From an uncultured Desulfospira sp. (GTDB lineage: Bacteria; Desulfobacterota; Desulfobacteria; Desulfobacterales; Desulfobacteraceae): a DNA stretch of 64,000 nucleotides. Location of the stretch: NCBI GenBank assembly GCA_963663165.1, contig OY760175.1, forward strand, positions 5,664,001-5,728,000. The letters are read 5' to 3'. The position numbers and the translations under genes are program-made. Shown here piece after piece: positions 1-9,929 of this stretch (position 1 is its first letter; the number at the start of each line of letters is the position of its first letter). The notes beneath the pieces are model-generated. The model did no database searches and was not told the DNA's origin. It worked only from the letters and a program-made list of their open reading frames with translations.

Positions 1-148
1 CCGGAATGCCAGATTCAGGGATCTGTATTTTGCCCTTAATCACGCGCTTTCTCAAATCTTTTAGAGCAAGAGCATGATTACGGGCAAGAGCAAGAAAATG
101 GACCATAGGAAATCGTAAATCCGGTCTCCTGTTTCCGTAGGTTTCCCC

Positions 149-177
149 TTGACTTAGGATGGGGGCTGAACTATAGT
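149..177 (+). promoter_or_regulatory. candidate sigma70 promoter
   Basis: TTGACT-N17-TATAGT upstream of the Cache/MCP genes. Confidence 0.5.
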
Positions 178-413
178 TTTCCAAACATAATCCGTTCTGC
201 TGATTCCCTTTTTTTCTTTTTTGTCATTATTCTGTTTTCTTCTCCATATGCTGAGTGGCGTTCTGTCAAGTTGGTTTGTTGAAAATGGCTCTAATATTTT
301 ATAGTTACGTTTAATATTCATTTTTGCGGGGCTTTGTCGGCTGATCTGGCCGGCCGGTTTTCGCTTTTTAGGGTATGGCCGTTATAAATTTATTAAATCA
401 TGAGGAGTTTTGT

Positions 414-878
414 ATGAAGAAACTGGCGAGTATCGCATGTGTGGTTTTTTTTGTGTTGGCGGGTACGGGATTTTCCCAGGACAACGCAACAAAAGAAGAA
501 TGCATGGCAAAGTGTGAGGAAGCGGTCCGGATGGTCAAGGAAAAAGGGCTTGAGGCGACCCTTGCGGCGATCATGGCTCAAAACAGCCCGTTTGTCTGGA
601 AAGATACATACATTTTCTGCATTGATACGGAAACGAAGAACACCCTTGCGCATCCCATCAAACCCAAACTGGTCGGCAAGAGTCTCATGCATGTAAAAGA
701 TACCAACGGCAAACTTTTTTTTGCTGAGTTTGTCACTATGGCAAAAGAGAAAGGGACCGGCTGGGTGGAATATATGTGGCCTAAACCCGGCGAAAAAAAC
801 CCGTCACGAAAGATTACCTATGTATACAAGGTGCCGGATGAAAACGCCTTAATGGGGGCTGGCATATACGCAGAATAA
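414..878 (+). CDS. secreted single Cache-domain protein
   Basis: GAGGAG RBS before ATG 414; signal peptide; YIF...AHP...LVGK...KDTNGK...GWVEYMWPKPG...KITYV is the typical single-Cache pattern. Confidence 0.85.
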   Translation: MKKLASIACVVFFVLAGTGFSQDNATKEECMAKCEEAVRMVKEKGLEATLAAIMAQNSPFVWKDTYIFCIDTETKNTLAHPIKPKLVGKSLMHVKDTNGKLFFAEFVTMAKEKGTGWVEYMWPKPGEKNPSRKITYVYKVPDENALMGAGIYAE

Positions 879-965
879 TGCCATGCACCCGGGCTGTATG
901 AAAGCGGCCGGCCCTGCTGTATTCCTGGCAGGGCCGGATATTGTTTTTGATCAATTTTCAGGAGG

Positions 966-2981
966 TTGATGATGGGCTCAAAAATGAACAGGTTTTTTAC
1001 AATTAAAACCAAGCTGATTATTTTCGCTGTGGTCGGCATTATCGGGGTTTCCTCCATCAGCATTCTCAGTAAATACTTTGATTATTCTAAAAACCAGGAC
1101 ATACTGATCGGACGGCTGAGTCAGGAAATCGCCACCAATATATCCGATATGATGTGTCTGGAAACGGGACTGATCCGGTCTTCAGGCGGCGACCTTTCTG
1201 AATATGAGGCGAAACGGGCGAACCTTAAAAGGCTCATGACCCAGGTTGAGGAAACCGCGGATCAGGAGGCGATTCAAAAAACGGTTGGGCAAATTGTAAA
1301 CCTGGAGGCACAGCATGCGGCCGTTTTTAAAGAAATCCTTCATGTACTGGTTCAGATCAACAAGACAAAGGACGATTATAACAGCAGCAACGAGAAAATT
1401 ACCGGGCTTTTAAAAACCGTGGTCAGTGACATTGACAGTGAAGATACTGAACGGGCCATGGAAGGGGAGATGCTGTCTCCGGAAAAAATGTCAGCCCGGA
1501 AAGAAACCATCGATTTTCTGTTTTTCGGCAATGAAAAACAGATCAACCTGCTGGGCAATCTGTTTATTTACAATGACCTTGAAAAGTATCTGGCCACTAA
1601 AAATGCCACTAAAAAAGCCATTGACCTTGCGTTGAAAAATCTGGACACTATTTACGCGGCAACGGGGTCTGATGATTTTAAGCAGAAACTGTCCAAGGTT
1701 AAAGAGATTTTAATCACTTCGGATGGTCAGGAACTCAGCCTTTTGGAAGAATGGAAAACATCCAGGACCTTGATGCCCAGGCTGAACGCTTCAGGAAACG
1801 AAGTTAAACAAATTGCCGTTGCCATAGCCAATACAGCCAAAGAAGAACTCAGCCGGAGTATTAAAACCGCCGGAATAAACACCCTTCTGATCTCTGTTCT
1901 GGTGATTCTTGCCTTGATTATTCTGGGGGTTGTTATTACCCGGGGGATTATTCAACCCATCGCTCAGACAGTCGACATGTTAAAGGATATTGCACAGGGG
2001 GAAGGCGATTTGACCAAACGGTTGAATATTAAAAATGAGGATGAGATGGGAGAGCTTTCCCGGTGGTTTAACACCTTTATTGAAAAAATACATGCCATTA
2101 TTCAGAGTATATCGGATAATTCGGGCCGGTTGAACCATACGGCCGGGGAACTGTCAAAGATGGCAGAGCGGCTCGGCCAGACCGCTGATGACACCTCTGC
2201 CAAAACCAACAGCGTATCTGCCGCCGCCGAGGAGATGAGTGTCAATATGAACAATGTGGCGGCGTCAGCCGAAGAGACCTCTTCCAATGTCAACACGGTA
2301 ACCATTGCTGCAGAAGAGATGACCAAGACCATCAGCGACATCAAGCATAGCACGGAAAACACCATGGCCGTGACGTCAAACGCCGTGACCAAGGCCAAAG
2401 AAACCAGCCGGAAGGTGACGGCATTCGGCGAGATCGTCAAAGAGGTCGGCAAGATTACAGAAACCATTTCAGATATATCGGCCCAGACCAACCTGCTGGC
2501 GTTAAACGCGACCATTGAGGCGGCCAGGGCAGGGGAGGCCGGCAAGGGGTTTACCGTGGTTGCCAACGAGATAAAAGACCTGGCATATCAGACCGAAAAA
2601 GCCACCAGTGAGATAAAATCAAAAATTGATAATATCCAGAGTTCCTCTGTGGAAACCACCCGGGAGATCGAGGAAATTTCTACCGTTATTAATGAAGTTA
2701 ACGATAAAGTTGCCCAGATTACCCGGGCCATTGAAGCCCAGTCAGGGATTACCGGCCAGATTGCCGACAACGTGCTGAACGCCTCCAAGGGCATTCAGGA
2801 GGTCACGGATAATATATCCCAGAGTTCCCTGGTGTCTTCAGAAATCGCCAAAGATATTGCTGACGTCAGGGCGGCGGCCGAGCAGATTTCAGAAAGCGGT
2901 TCAAAGCTGCAGGACCGTGCCGGGGCCTTAAGCACTTTGTCAACAGAGCTTGGGGACATGGTCCGCCAGTTTCATTTGTAA
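966..2981 (+). CDS. methyl-accepting chemotaxis protein
   Basis: two TM segments, HAMP (GEGDLTKRL...[11 protein letters not shown]), signalling core [23 protein letters not shown]. Confidence 0.95.
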   Translation: MMMGSKMNRFFTIKTKLIIFAVVGIIGVSSISILSKYFDYSKNQDILIGRLSQEIATNISDMMCLETGLIRSSGGDLSEYEAKRANLKRLMTQVEETADQEAIQKTVGQIVNLEAQHAAVFKEILHVLVQINKTKDDYNSSNEKITGLLKTVVSDIDSEDTERAMEGEMLSPEKMSARKETIDFLFFGNEKQINLLGNLFIYNDLEKYLATKNATKKAIDLALKNLDTIYAATGSDDFKQKLSKVKEILITSDGQELSLLEEWKTSRTLMPRLNASGNEVKQIAVAIANTAKEELSRSIKTAGINTLLISVLVILALIILGVVITRGIIQPIAQTVDMLKDIAQGEGDLTKRLNIKNEDEMGELSRWFNTFIEKIHAIIQSISDNSGRLNHTAGELSKMAERLGQTADDTSAKTNSVSAAAEEMSVNMNNVAASAEETSSNVNTVTIAAEEMTKTISDIKHSTENTMAVTSNAVTKAKETSRKVTAFGEIVKEVGKITETISDISAQTNLLALNATIEAARAGEAGKGFTVVANEIKDLAYQTEKATSEIKSKIDNIQSSSVETTREIEEISTVINEVNDKVAQITRAIEAQSGITGQIADNVLNASKGIQEVTDNISQSSLVSSEIAKDIADVRAAAEQISESGSKLQDRAGALSTLSTELGDMVRQFHL

Positions 2982-3066
2982 AGGTTGATCCCATTTGTAG
3001 GAATACCAAAGCCCCTAAGGATGCGCGATCCGGTCTCCGGTCTCCTTTCTTCCGGTTTTACGTTTT

Positions 3067-5019
3067 TTACATATAATCCACCAGGCTCATGCCGATAATG
3101 GATGAACAGGCGCTCAAGGCTGCTTCGTAGGTGGTCTGGGTAGAATTCAGGACCATAATGGCCTCCACCGTGTCCGCATCCTGGACATCGGACAGCCGGG
3201 AGGTCAATGTCAGTTCCGTGTCGGTGATGGTGTCTTCCGTGGCTGTGAGGTTGTCATAGGTGACCCCGATGGCGGAGATGGCGCTGGTCAGGCTCTCATA
3301 ATGGTTGTCCAGCCGGGACATGGCCCGTTCGATGCCGTCCACGTCATCGTTGGCCAGGGCCTCTTTTAAGTCCAGAAGGGTGTCAAAGATGCTCCATGAG
3401 GCTTCGTCTCCCGTGACCCCGCCGGACCCCACGTCAACGGGGTCAAATCCCAGATCCGATGCCGCACTGCTGCCGGCATTGGCCCCGCTGCCGAACAACA
3501 GTTCAAAGGACTCCAGCTGCCGGCCGGTATCGGTATCTTCACGGATTACAAAGGTCATGCTGTCAGCATCGTAAGCCACATCGTAATTAACCCGGCTGCC
3601 GCTTTGGGCAGAGGCTTCTTCTAAGGCATCTTCCACGGCTTTGGCATAAGACTCCGGATCCGTATAGGTTCCGGGCTCGATATAGGCGGTCAAAAGGGTG
3701 GTTTCCCCGTTTTCAAGGGTTTGTGTAAAATCAATGGCATCATTTTCCCCTGCTGTTACCGTGGTGGCACCGCTGACAGCGGATGTGCCCTGGACCGGTT
3801 GGATGGAAACTGTCTCGTCGTCAAAGCCCAAATCCGGCAGGATGCTGTTGTTTTCTTCTCCCTCAACAATGTCAAAGGAAATGGCGTCTCCTGCTTCAGG
3901 GGTTTCGTTCAGATCAATGGTGACATCGGTGACCCCGTCATTGTCAAAATCAATTTCAATGGTGGTGCCGTTCCCATCAATTTGAGTGCCAAGGCCGTAT
4001 CCGGGATCATTTTCAACGGTCCAGGTGCCGTCTTCATTGTAGGTGAGGGTGAAGGGTTCGGATCCTTCCGGCTCCGGGGTATATTCGGTAAGGGCCGATG
4101 CATCGGCGACGTCAATTTCAATATTTTCAAAATCCCCCTCTTCCACGGTGAGGTTGGAAACCCGGCCCATAGAATCGTACTGGGCGATCAGGGTGGTGGT
4201 CATGATGCCGTCATAGCTGCCGTCGGTATCAATGGTAAAGGTGTTCCCGGATTCATCATAGGTGACCTCGTAGACAACGCCGTATCCGCTTTGCGAAGAA
4301 GCTTCGGTCATCAGGTCCTCAATGGTCCGGGCCAGTTCCTCCCGGGTATAGCTCCCGCTGGGAATGGTGACATCAAGGGTCAGGACACTGTCGTCATCCC
4401 TGCCCGGGTCCTCCTGAAAGGTTAGCTGGTTGTTGGTGGTGTCCACAACGATCTCGTCTTCATAGAAGAGGCCGCTGCCGCAGCAGCCCAGTGAGACGGT
4501 GGCGTCATCCCCGGTTTTGATGCTCACAGCATCGGTGCTGCCCAGATAGGTAACACTGGTAGGGGTGTCTTCGTCATCAAGCACAAACGGGGCGGCGTCA
4601 TTTTCATCCCCGGCAAAGACATACCCGCCGTAGCTTTGGGTGTTGGCAAGGTCCAGAATGCTTTCCAGGTATGTCTGGATGCTTTCCACGGCATTGGTCC
4701 GTTCCTGGCTGCTGGCCGATGCATTGGCCAATTGGGAGCACAGCAGGTTGAGTTCCAGAATTTCATCGGCCATGGTGTCCAGGGCGGTCTCGGCACTGGT
4801 CAGGGTGGTCTGGGCCTGGTCAATATTGGACTGGTACTGGTTTAGGCAGGCCATGGTGGAGGAAATGTCCAGCACCTGGGCCATGCCCGACGGATCATCA
4901 GAAATGGTATTGATCCGGCTGCTGCTGGAAACCACCTCATTGGCCTCACTTAAATTACTGGTCAGCTTGCTGAGCTGGTAAGTGGCCTGGTTGTATAAAC
5001 TTATGGTGGGGACCCTCAT
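3067..5019 (-). CDS. flgL: flagellar hook-associated protein 3, enlarged
   Basis: flagellin-like termini (MRV...RINTISDDPSG; LSDVQDADTVEAI...YEAAL), LANTQSYGGYVFAG; follows flgK. Confidence 0.88.
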   Translation of the reverse strand: MRVPTISLYNQATYQLSKLTSNLSEANEVVSSSSRINTISDDPSGMAQVLDISSTMACLNQYQSNIDQAQTTLTSAETALDTMADEILELNLLCSQLANASASSQERTNAVESIQTYLESILDLANTQSYGGYVFAGDENDAAPFVLDDEDTPTSVTYLGSTDAVSIKTGDDATVSLGCCGSGLFYEDEIVVDTTNNQLTFQEDPGRDDDSVLTLDVTIPSGSYTREELARTIEDLMTEASSQSGYGVVYEVTYDESGNTFTIDTDGSYDGIMTTTLIAQYDSMGRVSNLTVEEGDFENIEIDVADASALTEYTPEPEGSEPFTLTYNEDGTWTVENDPGYGLGTQIDGNGTTIEIDFDNDGVTDVTIDLNETPEAGDAISFDIVEGEENNSILPDLGFDDETVSIQPVQGTSAVSGATTVTAGENDAIDFTQTLENGETTLLTAYIEPGTYTDPESYAKAVEDALEEASAQSGSRVNYDVAYDADSMTFVIREDTDTGRQLESFELLFGSGANAGSSAASDLGFDPVDVGSGGVTGDEASWSIFDTLLDLKEALANDDVDGIERAMSRLDNHYESLTSAISAIGVTYDNLTATEDTITDTELTLTSRLSDVQDADTVEAIMVLNSTQTTYEAALSACSSIIGMSLVDYM

Positions 5020-5115
5020 ATTACTTCTCCGTTAAAAAAGCGGTTAGCGGTTAGCATTTAGCCAATAGCCGTTGGCGGTTAGCCGCCCGGCCTGTCTGTT
5101 GCTTGCCGGGGGCTT

Positions 5116-5260
5116 GTGTTTGGGCCAAAAGTTGCCCAGATGCAAGGCGTAACCTAAAGGTCAGAAACCAGAAAAATTTGTAACCGGAGCAACCTTTGGG
5201 GTTGTGAGGATTGCAAATTTTTTTGCAACGCGGCAGATGGGTGACTTTTGGTTCAAACAC
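5116..5260. mobile_element. 145-bp MITE-like palindromic element, family A copy 1
   Basis: GTGTTTG...CAAACAC ends with long imperfect inverted arms; near-identical to 59724-59868. Confidence 0.8.
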
Positions 5261-8200
5261 TAACTCGTTGCCATCAGGGCATCGAACATCTCCTCTACCG
5301 TGGTCAACAACTGGGCCGCTGCCGTATACGCCTGCTGCTGTGCCGTCAGGTTGATCATTTCCTCGTCCAGGGAGACCGCTGAAACCGAGTTGCGCTGTTC
5401 GGTGAGTTCATACACCAGCAGTTCCGAATATTCAAGGGAGGACTGGACGCTGGATGATGTCAGGCCGATGGAGGCAATCATGGTGTCCTCATAGGTATCC
5501 AGGGTGGTCGTGGTTACCGTGGCCGTGGCGGTCTCCCCTCTGGTATAGTCCCACTCTTTCATCTCAATGGTGGTGTTCCGGGTGTCGGACATGGCCAGGG
5601 CATTGGTGTTGTCCCCCGAAGAGAGTTCCCCGGTGTCCGTGTCCACCATGCCCGAGGCCAGATAATCCCCGTCTTCCACCAGCTCATTGACGCCCATGGT
5701 GCCGGCATCGCTTCCCGTAAAAAAAGTGTTCAGGCCTAAAGCGGCGGCTACCCCGCTGTCCCCATCCTCTTCGTCTCCGGCAAAGGCATAGGAGAAGTCA
5801 GTATCATCCCTTGAGGCCAGTTCCAGCTCAATGGTTCCGTCTCCGGTGACGGTGGCATCAAAGGTGATTTCAATATCCCCGATTCCGTCCCCGTCAAGGT
5901 CTACAGCAAATCCGTCATCGTCCCCGCCTTCGGGAATGATGGAGATAATACCGCCGGTGGGGTCGTTCTCAATTTCCCAGACCCCTTCAGTTCTGACAAA
6001 CTGAAGGTCTTCAACTTCAATGGTCAGGGCGGAATAATCCAGTACCGTGATGGTGGTGTTGTCTTCGGTGATGCCATCGGAGTTGGAATAACTGACATTT
6101 TCGATGGCGCAGTAATCGGAATTGGAATCAATGACCAGGGTGTTGTCCTCGCTGACCGAGGCGGTAATCCCCCCGGCGCTTCGGTTAAGCTCATCGGCAA
6201 AGGAGTCCAGGGTCCAGTGCCAGTCGCTTAGGGTCTCGACGGTTTCAGAACTTTCACCGCTCAGGGAAGAGACCACCTGTCCGTCCTCGTCCGTGGTAAT
6301 GGTAAAGGTGTCCCCGTCCACCAGGGTGCCGGAATTAAAGTAAAGGGTCATGCCGTCCACTTCCACGGCAATGGCGGCAAGGTCTGACTCATTGCCTTCC
6401 AGGGTAAGGGTTCCGGAAGAAGCCCCGCTGGTCCACTCAATGACAATATCTTCATCGTTGTCCGGCAGGGTGCCGCCGGATACCACGGTAAAAGTATAGG
6501 TGTCGTCAATGCTGTTGGCCGTGCCCTTGACCGTGACGTCCAGGGGATCAGCCTCACCATCGGAATCCGTATTGATGGTCAGGGTGTTGCCCGCCACCAG
6601 GCTGCCTTGGGAGATTTCAAAGGACAGGGTGGTCTCTCCGTCCTCGGTGAGTTCCACCAGTCCCGGCCCGTCGATTTCAATATAGCCGGATTCGCCTGTG
6701 GCCTCCCCGTCGCTGTCAAACACCTCATAGTAGATGGTTGCCGAGTCACTCCAGGTCACGGCCGAGGTTGAATCATGAAGGGCATCACCCGAGACCAGGG
6801 TGTCGTTTTCCGGTTCGTCTGTCCCGGTGCCGGTGCCCGTGGAGACTGCAAGTTCAGCGTCCCCGGTGATGGTGTCGGTAAATCCGGTGATGGAAATGGG
6901 GTCGTCTGCCTCGGCAATTCTGACCACACTCACTGAGACCCCGTTCTGGATAACCTCGTACTCGTCCGAGGGCAGGGCAGCGGTCAGGGCAGCGTACAGC
7001 TGATCGGCCTGCGCCATGTCTGAGGTGTCATTTGTGATGGTATAGGAAACCGTATATCCGTCCAGCTCAAATTCAATGTTGTCATTCAGGCTGAAGTTGG
7101 TATATCCGCCGGCGCCTCCCAGGGTGATCAGGCTGTTGCCGGAACTGGTAATACCCGAATCCCCGAAAAGCCCGGCTGCGGTCGAGTCATCGGAAAAGAT
7201 CTCCATGTTCGGATCCGTGAGGATGGTCACGCTGCCGGTGGCAACGGCCGCTGTGGTGCTGCCTGAATCGGCCACCGCAACAGTGCTGGATGTACTGGAA
7301 CTGCCTTCACAACCGCCCAGTTCAAACATGATATAATCGCCGGTGACCTCTACTGGCGAAAACGCGGCCGTATCTGAATTGTCAAAGGCAAGGGTTGTGT
7401 CCCCGGTTGTTATGGTGCTGCCGGAAAGGGCGTCTACCTCTATTGTCGCATCATCTCCCGTATCGCCTGAGGCCGAGGAGAGGCTGATGCCCGTGCCGTC
7501 GGTGGTCCTGATAATCACCTGTCCATTGGTTTCATCCAGTTCCACGGTAAAGGGGGTATCCCCAAGTTCCCCTTCCAAAGCATCGTAAAAGGCCTGGGCC
7601 ACTGCATCACTGTCAGTGGTGTCCACACCCGATAAGTCCACGCTTACGGTGACCTCATCCGGGGTAGACGCATCCGTGGAAAGGGTCAGGGTAACCGTAT
7701 CCCCTTCATCAAAATTCTGGAAATTGTCAAGGTAAATACCGCAATTATCCGTTACCCCGAAATCCTGAACCCCGATGGTGGCGCCCGAGGTGCTTGTAAT
7801 GGTGGTCCCGTCCAGTACCAGGTCGGTGTTCTGGTTGGTTTCGTTGATCTTCTCCACCGCCGCTTCAAGGGCGGCCTCAAGGCTTTCTTCAAGACCTGCA
7901 TCGCTATTGTCATCAACGGTGAAGCTGACGGTTGTTTCCACACCGTCCACGTATAGGGAAAATTCAATGGTATCCCCTTCCTGGGCCCCGGAAACATAAA
8001 GGCTCTCAAGGCTGAGGGTCACCTGGGTGGTGGAGGCATAGGCGGTGATGCCGTCAATGCGGCTGAGCGCTTCGGCAATGTCTGCGGCAGAACGGGTTGC
8101 TCCGGATCCTGAATCGCTGATTTCAAGCGTCTGGGTGCCGCCCGACCCGGTGATGGTCAGGGTTTGTTCGGCTATGGCCGCATCCAGGGCATCGCTCACT

Positions 8201-9456
8201 GTGCTGCCCGAGGATACGGCGCCCATGAGATCGGCACTGGACTGGGTCACGGTCTGCTCTCCTAAGGTCCCCTCGTCAATCACGGTGATCACATAGGTGG
8301 CGTCTTCCTCTCCGGTTCCGGAAATATTGGAAATTTCAGCCTGGGAAATCCCCATGTCAATGGTTACGGTCTGGTAGGTGTCTTCGGTGCCGGAACTGTC
8401 CGCAATGACCATGGTGAAATCTTTAAAATAGTCAATTTCATCCCCGTAGGCCAGGCTTGAAAAAGTCCCGGTGTCATCCGTGTCATAGGTCCCTTCCATG
8501 GGGCCTGAATAGTAAGTTTGTCCCGCCCCCTGGGAGTGCTGGTAATTCAGTGCCCAGATCAGGTTGGAAGCCAGTTCGTCCAGCTCGGCCTGGATTTCGG
8601 GGATAATGGCGTCCCGGACTTCCAGCCATCCGGCAATGGAACCGCCCTCAATGTCATCGGTGATTTCGGTCCGGTTGCCTGAGTTGCCGACCCAGTAAAT
8701 GTCTCCTCCGGATACGCTCAGGGAATAGGAGATTCCGTCCTCCACCAGGGGCAGGCCCCCGGTGGCGGTGATCAGGTAGGAGCCGTCTTCCTTGACCGTT
8801 ATCTCAATGTCGATGAGTTCCCCTAAGTCGTCTACCAGGGCATTCCTCTGGTCGTTTAAGTCGTTGGCGTTGCCGCCGGTGCTTTCGGTCTGGATAATGG
8901 CCAGGTTCAGGGCCGCAATTTCCGCGGCAATGGCATTGACCTCCACCACGGCCGTGGAAATTTCTTCATTTAAGTCACCAGCCATGCGGTCCAGTTCCTG
9001 GCTTAGGGTGGAAAAACACTCGGCCAGGCTGATGCCGGCTTCATAAACCGCCTCCTGTTCGGTGGTGCCGTCGGGGTTGTTGCCCAAGTCTTCCCAGGCG
9101 GTCCAGTAATTGTCCAGCAGGGTGTTTAAGCTGTCGTCGGTATCTTCGGTAAACAGGTCCTCGATCAGGGTCATGTAAACGGACTCTTCTTCTAAGGCCG
9201 CTTCCGTGGAAAGCTCGGTGGTCAACAGATTTTCAAGGATCTGGTTGACCTCCTGGGTCACCGATGACACGGTGATTCCGGTGCCGTAAGTTACCCCCCC
9301 GGTGGTGACCGTGGCCGTGGTGGCATACTCGATGGTCTGAATGCTGTAATCGTCATTGTCAGCATTGGCAATGTTCTGGCCCGTGACGCTGATGGCCGAC
9401 TGGTAGGTGGAAAGGGCATTGCCGGCGGTATTTAGAATGGCACTTAAGCTGCTCAT
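5260..9456 (-). CDS. flgK: flagellar hook-associated protein 1, very large
   Basis: N-term VTGQNIANADNDDYSIQ, C-term RNSVSAVSLDEEMINL...QQAYTAAAQLL. Confidence 0.9.
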   Translation of the reverse strand: MSSLSAILNTAGNALSTYQSAISVTGQNIANADNDDYSIQTIEYATTATVTTGGVTYGTGITVSSVTQEVNQILENLLTTELSTEAALEEESVYMTLIEDLFTEDTDDSLNTLLDNYWTAWEDLGNNPDGTTEQEAVYEAGISLAECFSTLSQELDRMAGDLNEEISTAVVEVNAIAAEIAALNLAIIQTESTGGNANDLNDQRNALVDDLGELIDIEITVKEDGSYLITATGGLPLVEDGISYSLSVSGGDIYWVGNSGNRTEITDDIEGGSIAGWLEVRDAIIPEIQAELDELASNLIWALNYQHSQGAGQTYYSGPMEGTYDTDDTGTFSSLAYGDEIDYFKDFTMVIADSSGTEDTYQTVTIDMGISQAEISNISGTGEEDATYVITVIDEGTLGEQTVTQSSADLMGAVSSGSTVSDALDAAIAEQTLTITGSGGTQTLEISDSGSGATRSAADIAEALSRIDGITAYASTTQVTLSLESLYVSGAQEGDTIEFSLYVDGVETTVSFTVDDNSDAGLEESLEAALEAAVEKINETNQNTDLVLDGTTITSTSGATIGVQDFGVTDNCGIYLDNFQNFDEGDTVTLTLSTDASTPDEVTVSVDLSGVDTTDSDAVAQAFYDALEGELGDTPFTVELDETNGQVIIRTTDGTGISLSSASGDTGDDATIEVDALSGSTITTGDTTLAFDNSDTAAFSPVEVTGDYIMFELGGCEGSSSTSSTVAVADSGSTTAAVATGSVTILTDPNMEIFSDDSTAAGLFGDSGITSSGNSLITLGGAGGYTNFSLNDNIEFELDGYTVSYTITNDTSDMAQADQLYAALTAALPSDEYEVIQNGVSVSVVRIAEADDPISITGFTDTITGDAELAVSTGTGTGTDEPENDTLVSGDALHDSTSAVTWSDSATIYYEVFDSDGEATGESGYIEIDGPGLVELTEDGETTLSFEISQGSLVAGNTLTINTDSDGEADPLDVTVKGTANSIDDTYTFTVVSGGTLPDNDEDIVIEWTSGASSGTLTLEGNESDLAAIAVEVDGMTLYFNSGTLVDGDTFTITTDEDGQVVSSLSGESSETVETLSDWHWTLDSFADELNRSAGGITASVSEDNTLVIDSNSDYCAIENVSYSNSDGITEDNTTITVLDYSALTIEVEDLQFVRTEGVWEIENDPTGGIISIIPEGGDDDGFAVDLDGDGIGDIEITFDATVTGDGTIELELASRDDTDFSYAFAGDEEDGDSGVAAALGLNTFFTGSDAGTMGVNELVEDGDYLASGMVDTDTGELSSGDNTNALAMSDTRNTTIEMKEWDYTRGETATATVTTTTLDTYEDTMIASIGLTSSSVQSSLEYSELLVYELTEQRNSVSAVSLDEEMINLTAQQQAYTAAAQLLTTVEEMFDALMATS

Positions 9457-9917
9457 CTCATCTTTCCCTGATTGGCATATTTGGAGGCGGCCCAGAGCTG
9501 GTCCAGCACCCCCTTAAACAGGACCGTGTTTTTCCGGGCTTCCCTGACCAGTTCCCGGTGCCCCTGCTCCAGGGCCTGGGCTAAAGGAATCAGCACGGCT
9601 TCATGTTCCGGGTCAATGCCTGGTATGGCCCGGACCCGGTTGGGCATGGTCTTGGGCACGGTGCTGGGAAGATCGCCGTCCCCCATTTCTTTGAGCTGGC
9701 CGCTGATGGTTCTGACCAGATGTTCCAGCCGGTTCACGCAGTTTTTTTTGCGCAGGGTCAGTTTCTCAAGGGTTTTGCGGTCAACGGCTTTGCCGGCCTC
9801 ATATTCGGCCTTGAGCAGTTTGTTCAGCTCATTGTGAAGGGCCAGGGTCCGGACCATTTTCCGTTCAAGGGCATCAAACTGGTCCACGTCAATATCTTCC
9901 TTAAATAAAGGTATCAT
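9453..9917 (-). CDS. FlgN-like export chaperone (putative)
   Basis: small helical protein directly upstream of and overlapping flgK; FlgN-like size and helix pattern, no diagnostic motif. Confidence 0.55.
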   Translation of the reverse strand: MIPLFKEDIDVDQFDALERKMVRTLALHNELNKLLKAEYEAGKAVDRKTLEKLTLRKKNCVNRLEHLVRTISGQLKEMGDGDLPSTVPKTMPNRVRAIPGIDPEHEAVLIPLAQALEQGHRELVREARKNTVLFKGVLDQLWAASKYANQGKMR

Positions 9918-9929
9918 GGCTGTTTCCCT

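Noticed and set aside
5051..5260. Small paralogous ORFs (also 59377-59868) sharing CxKICxPHNPKGCSG
   Set aside because: The similarity is just translation of the family A repeat.
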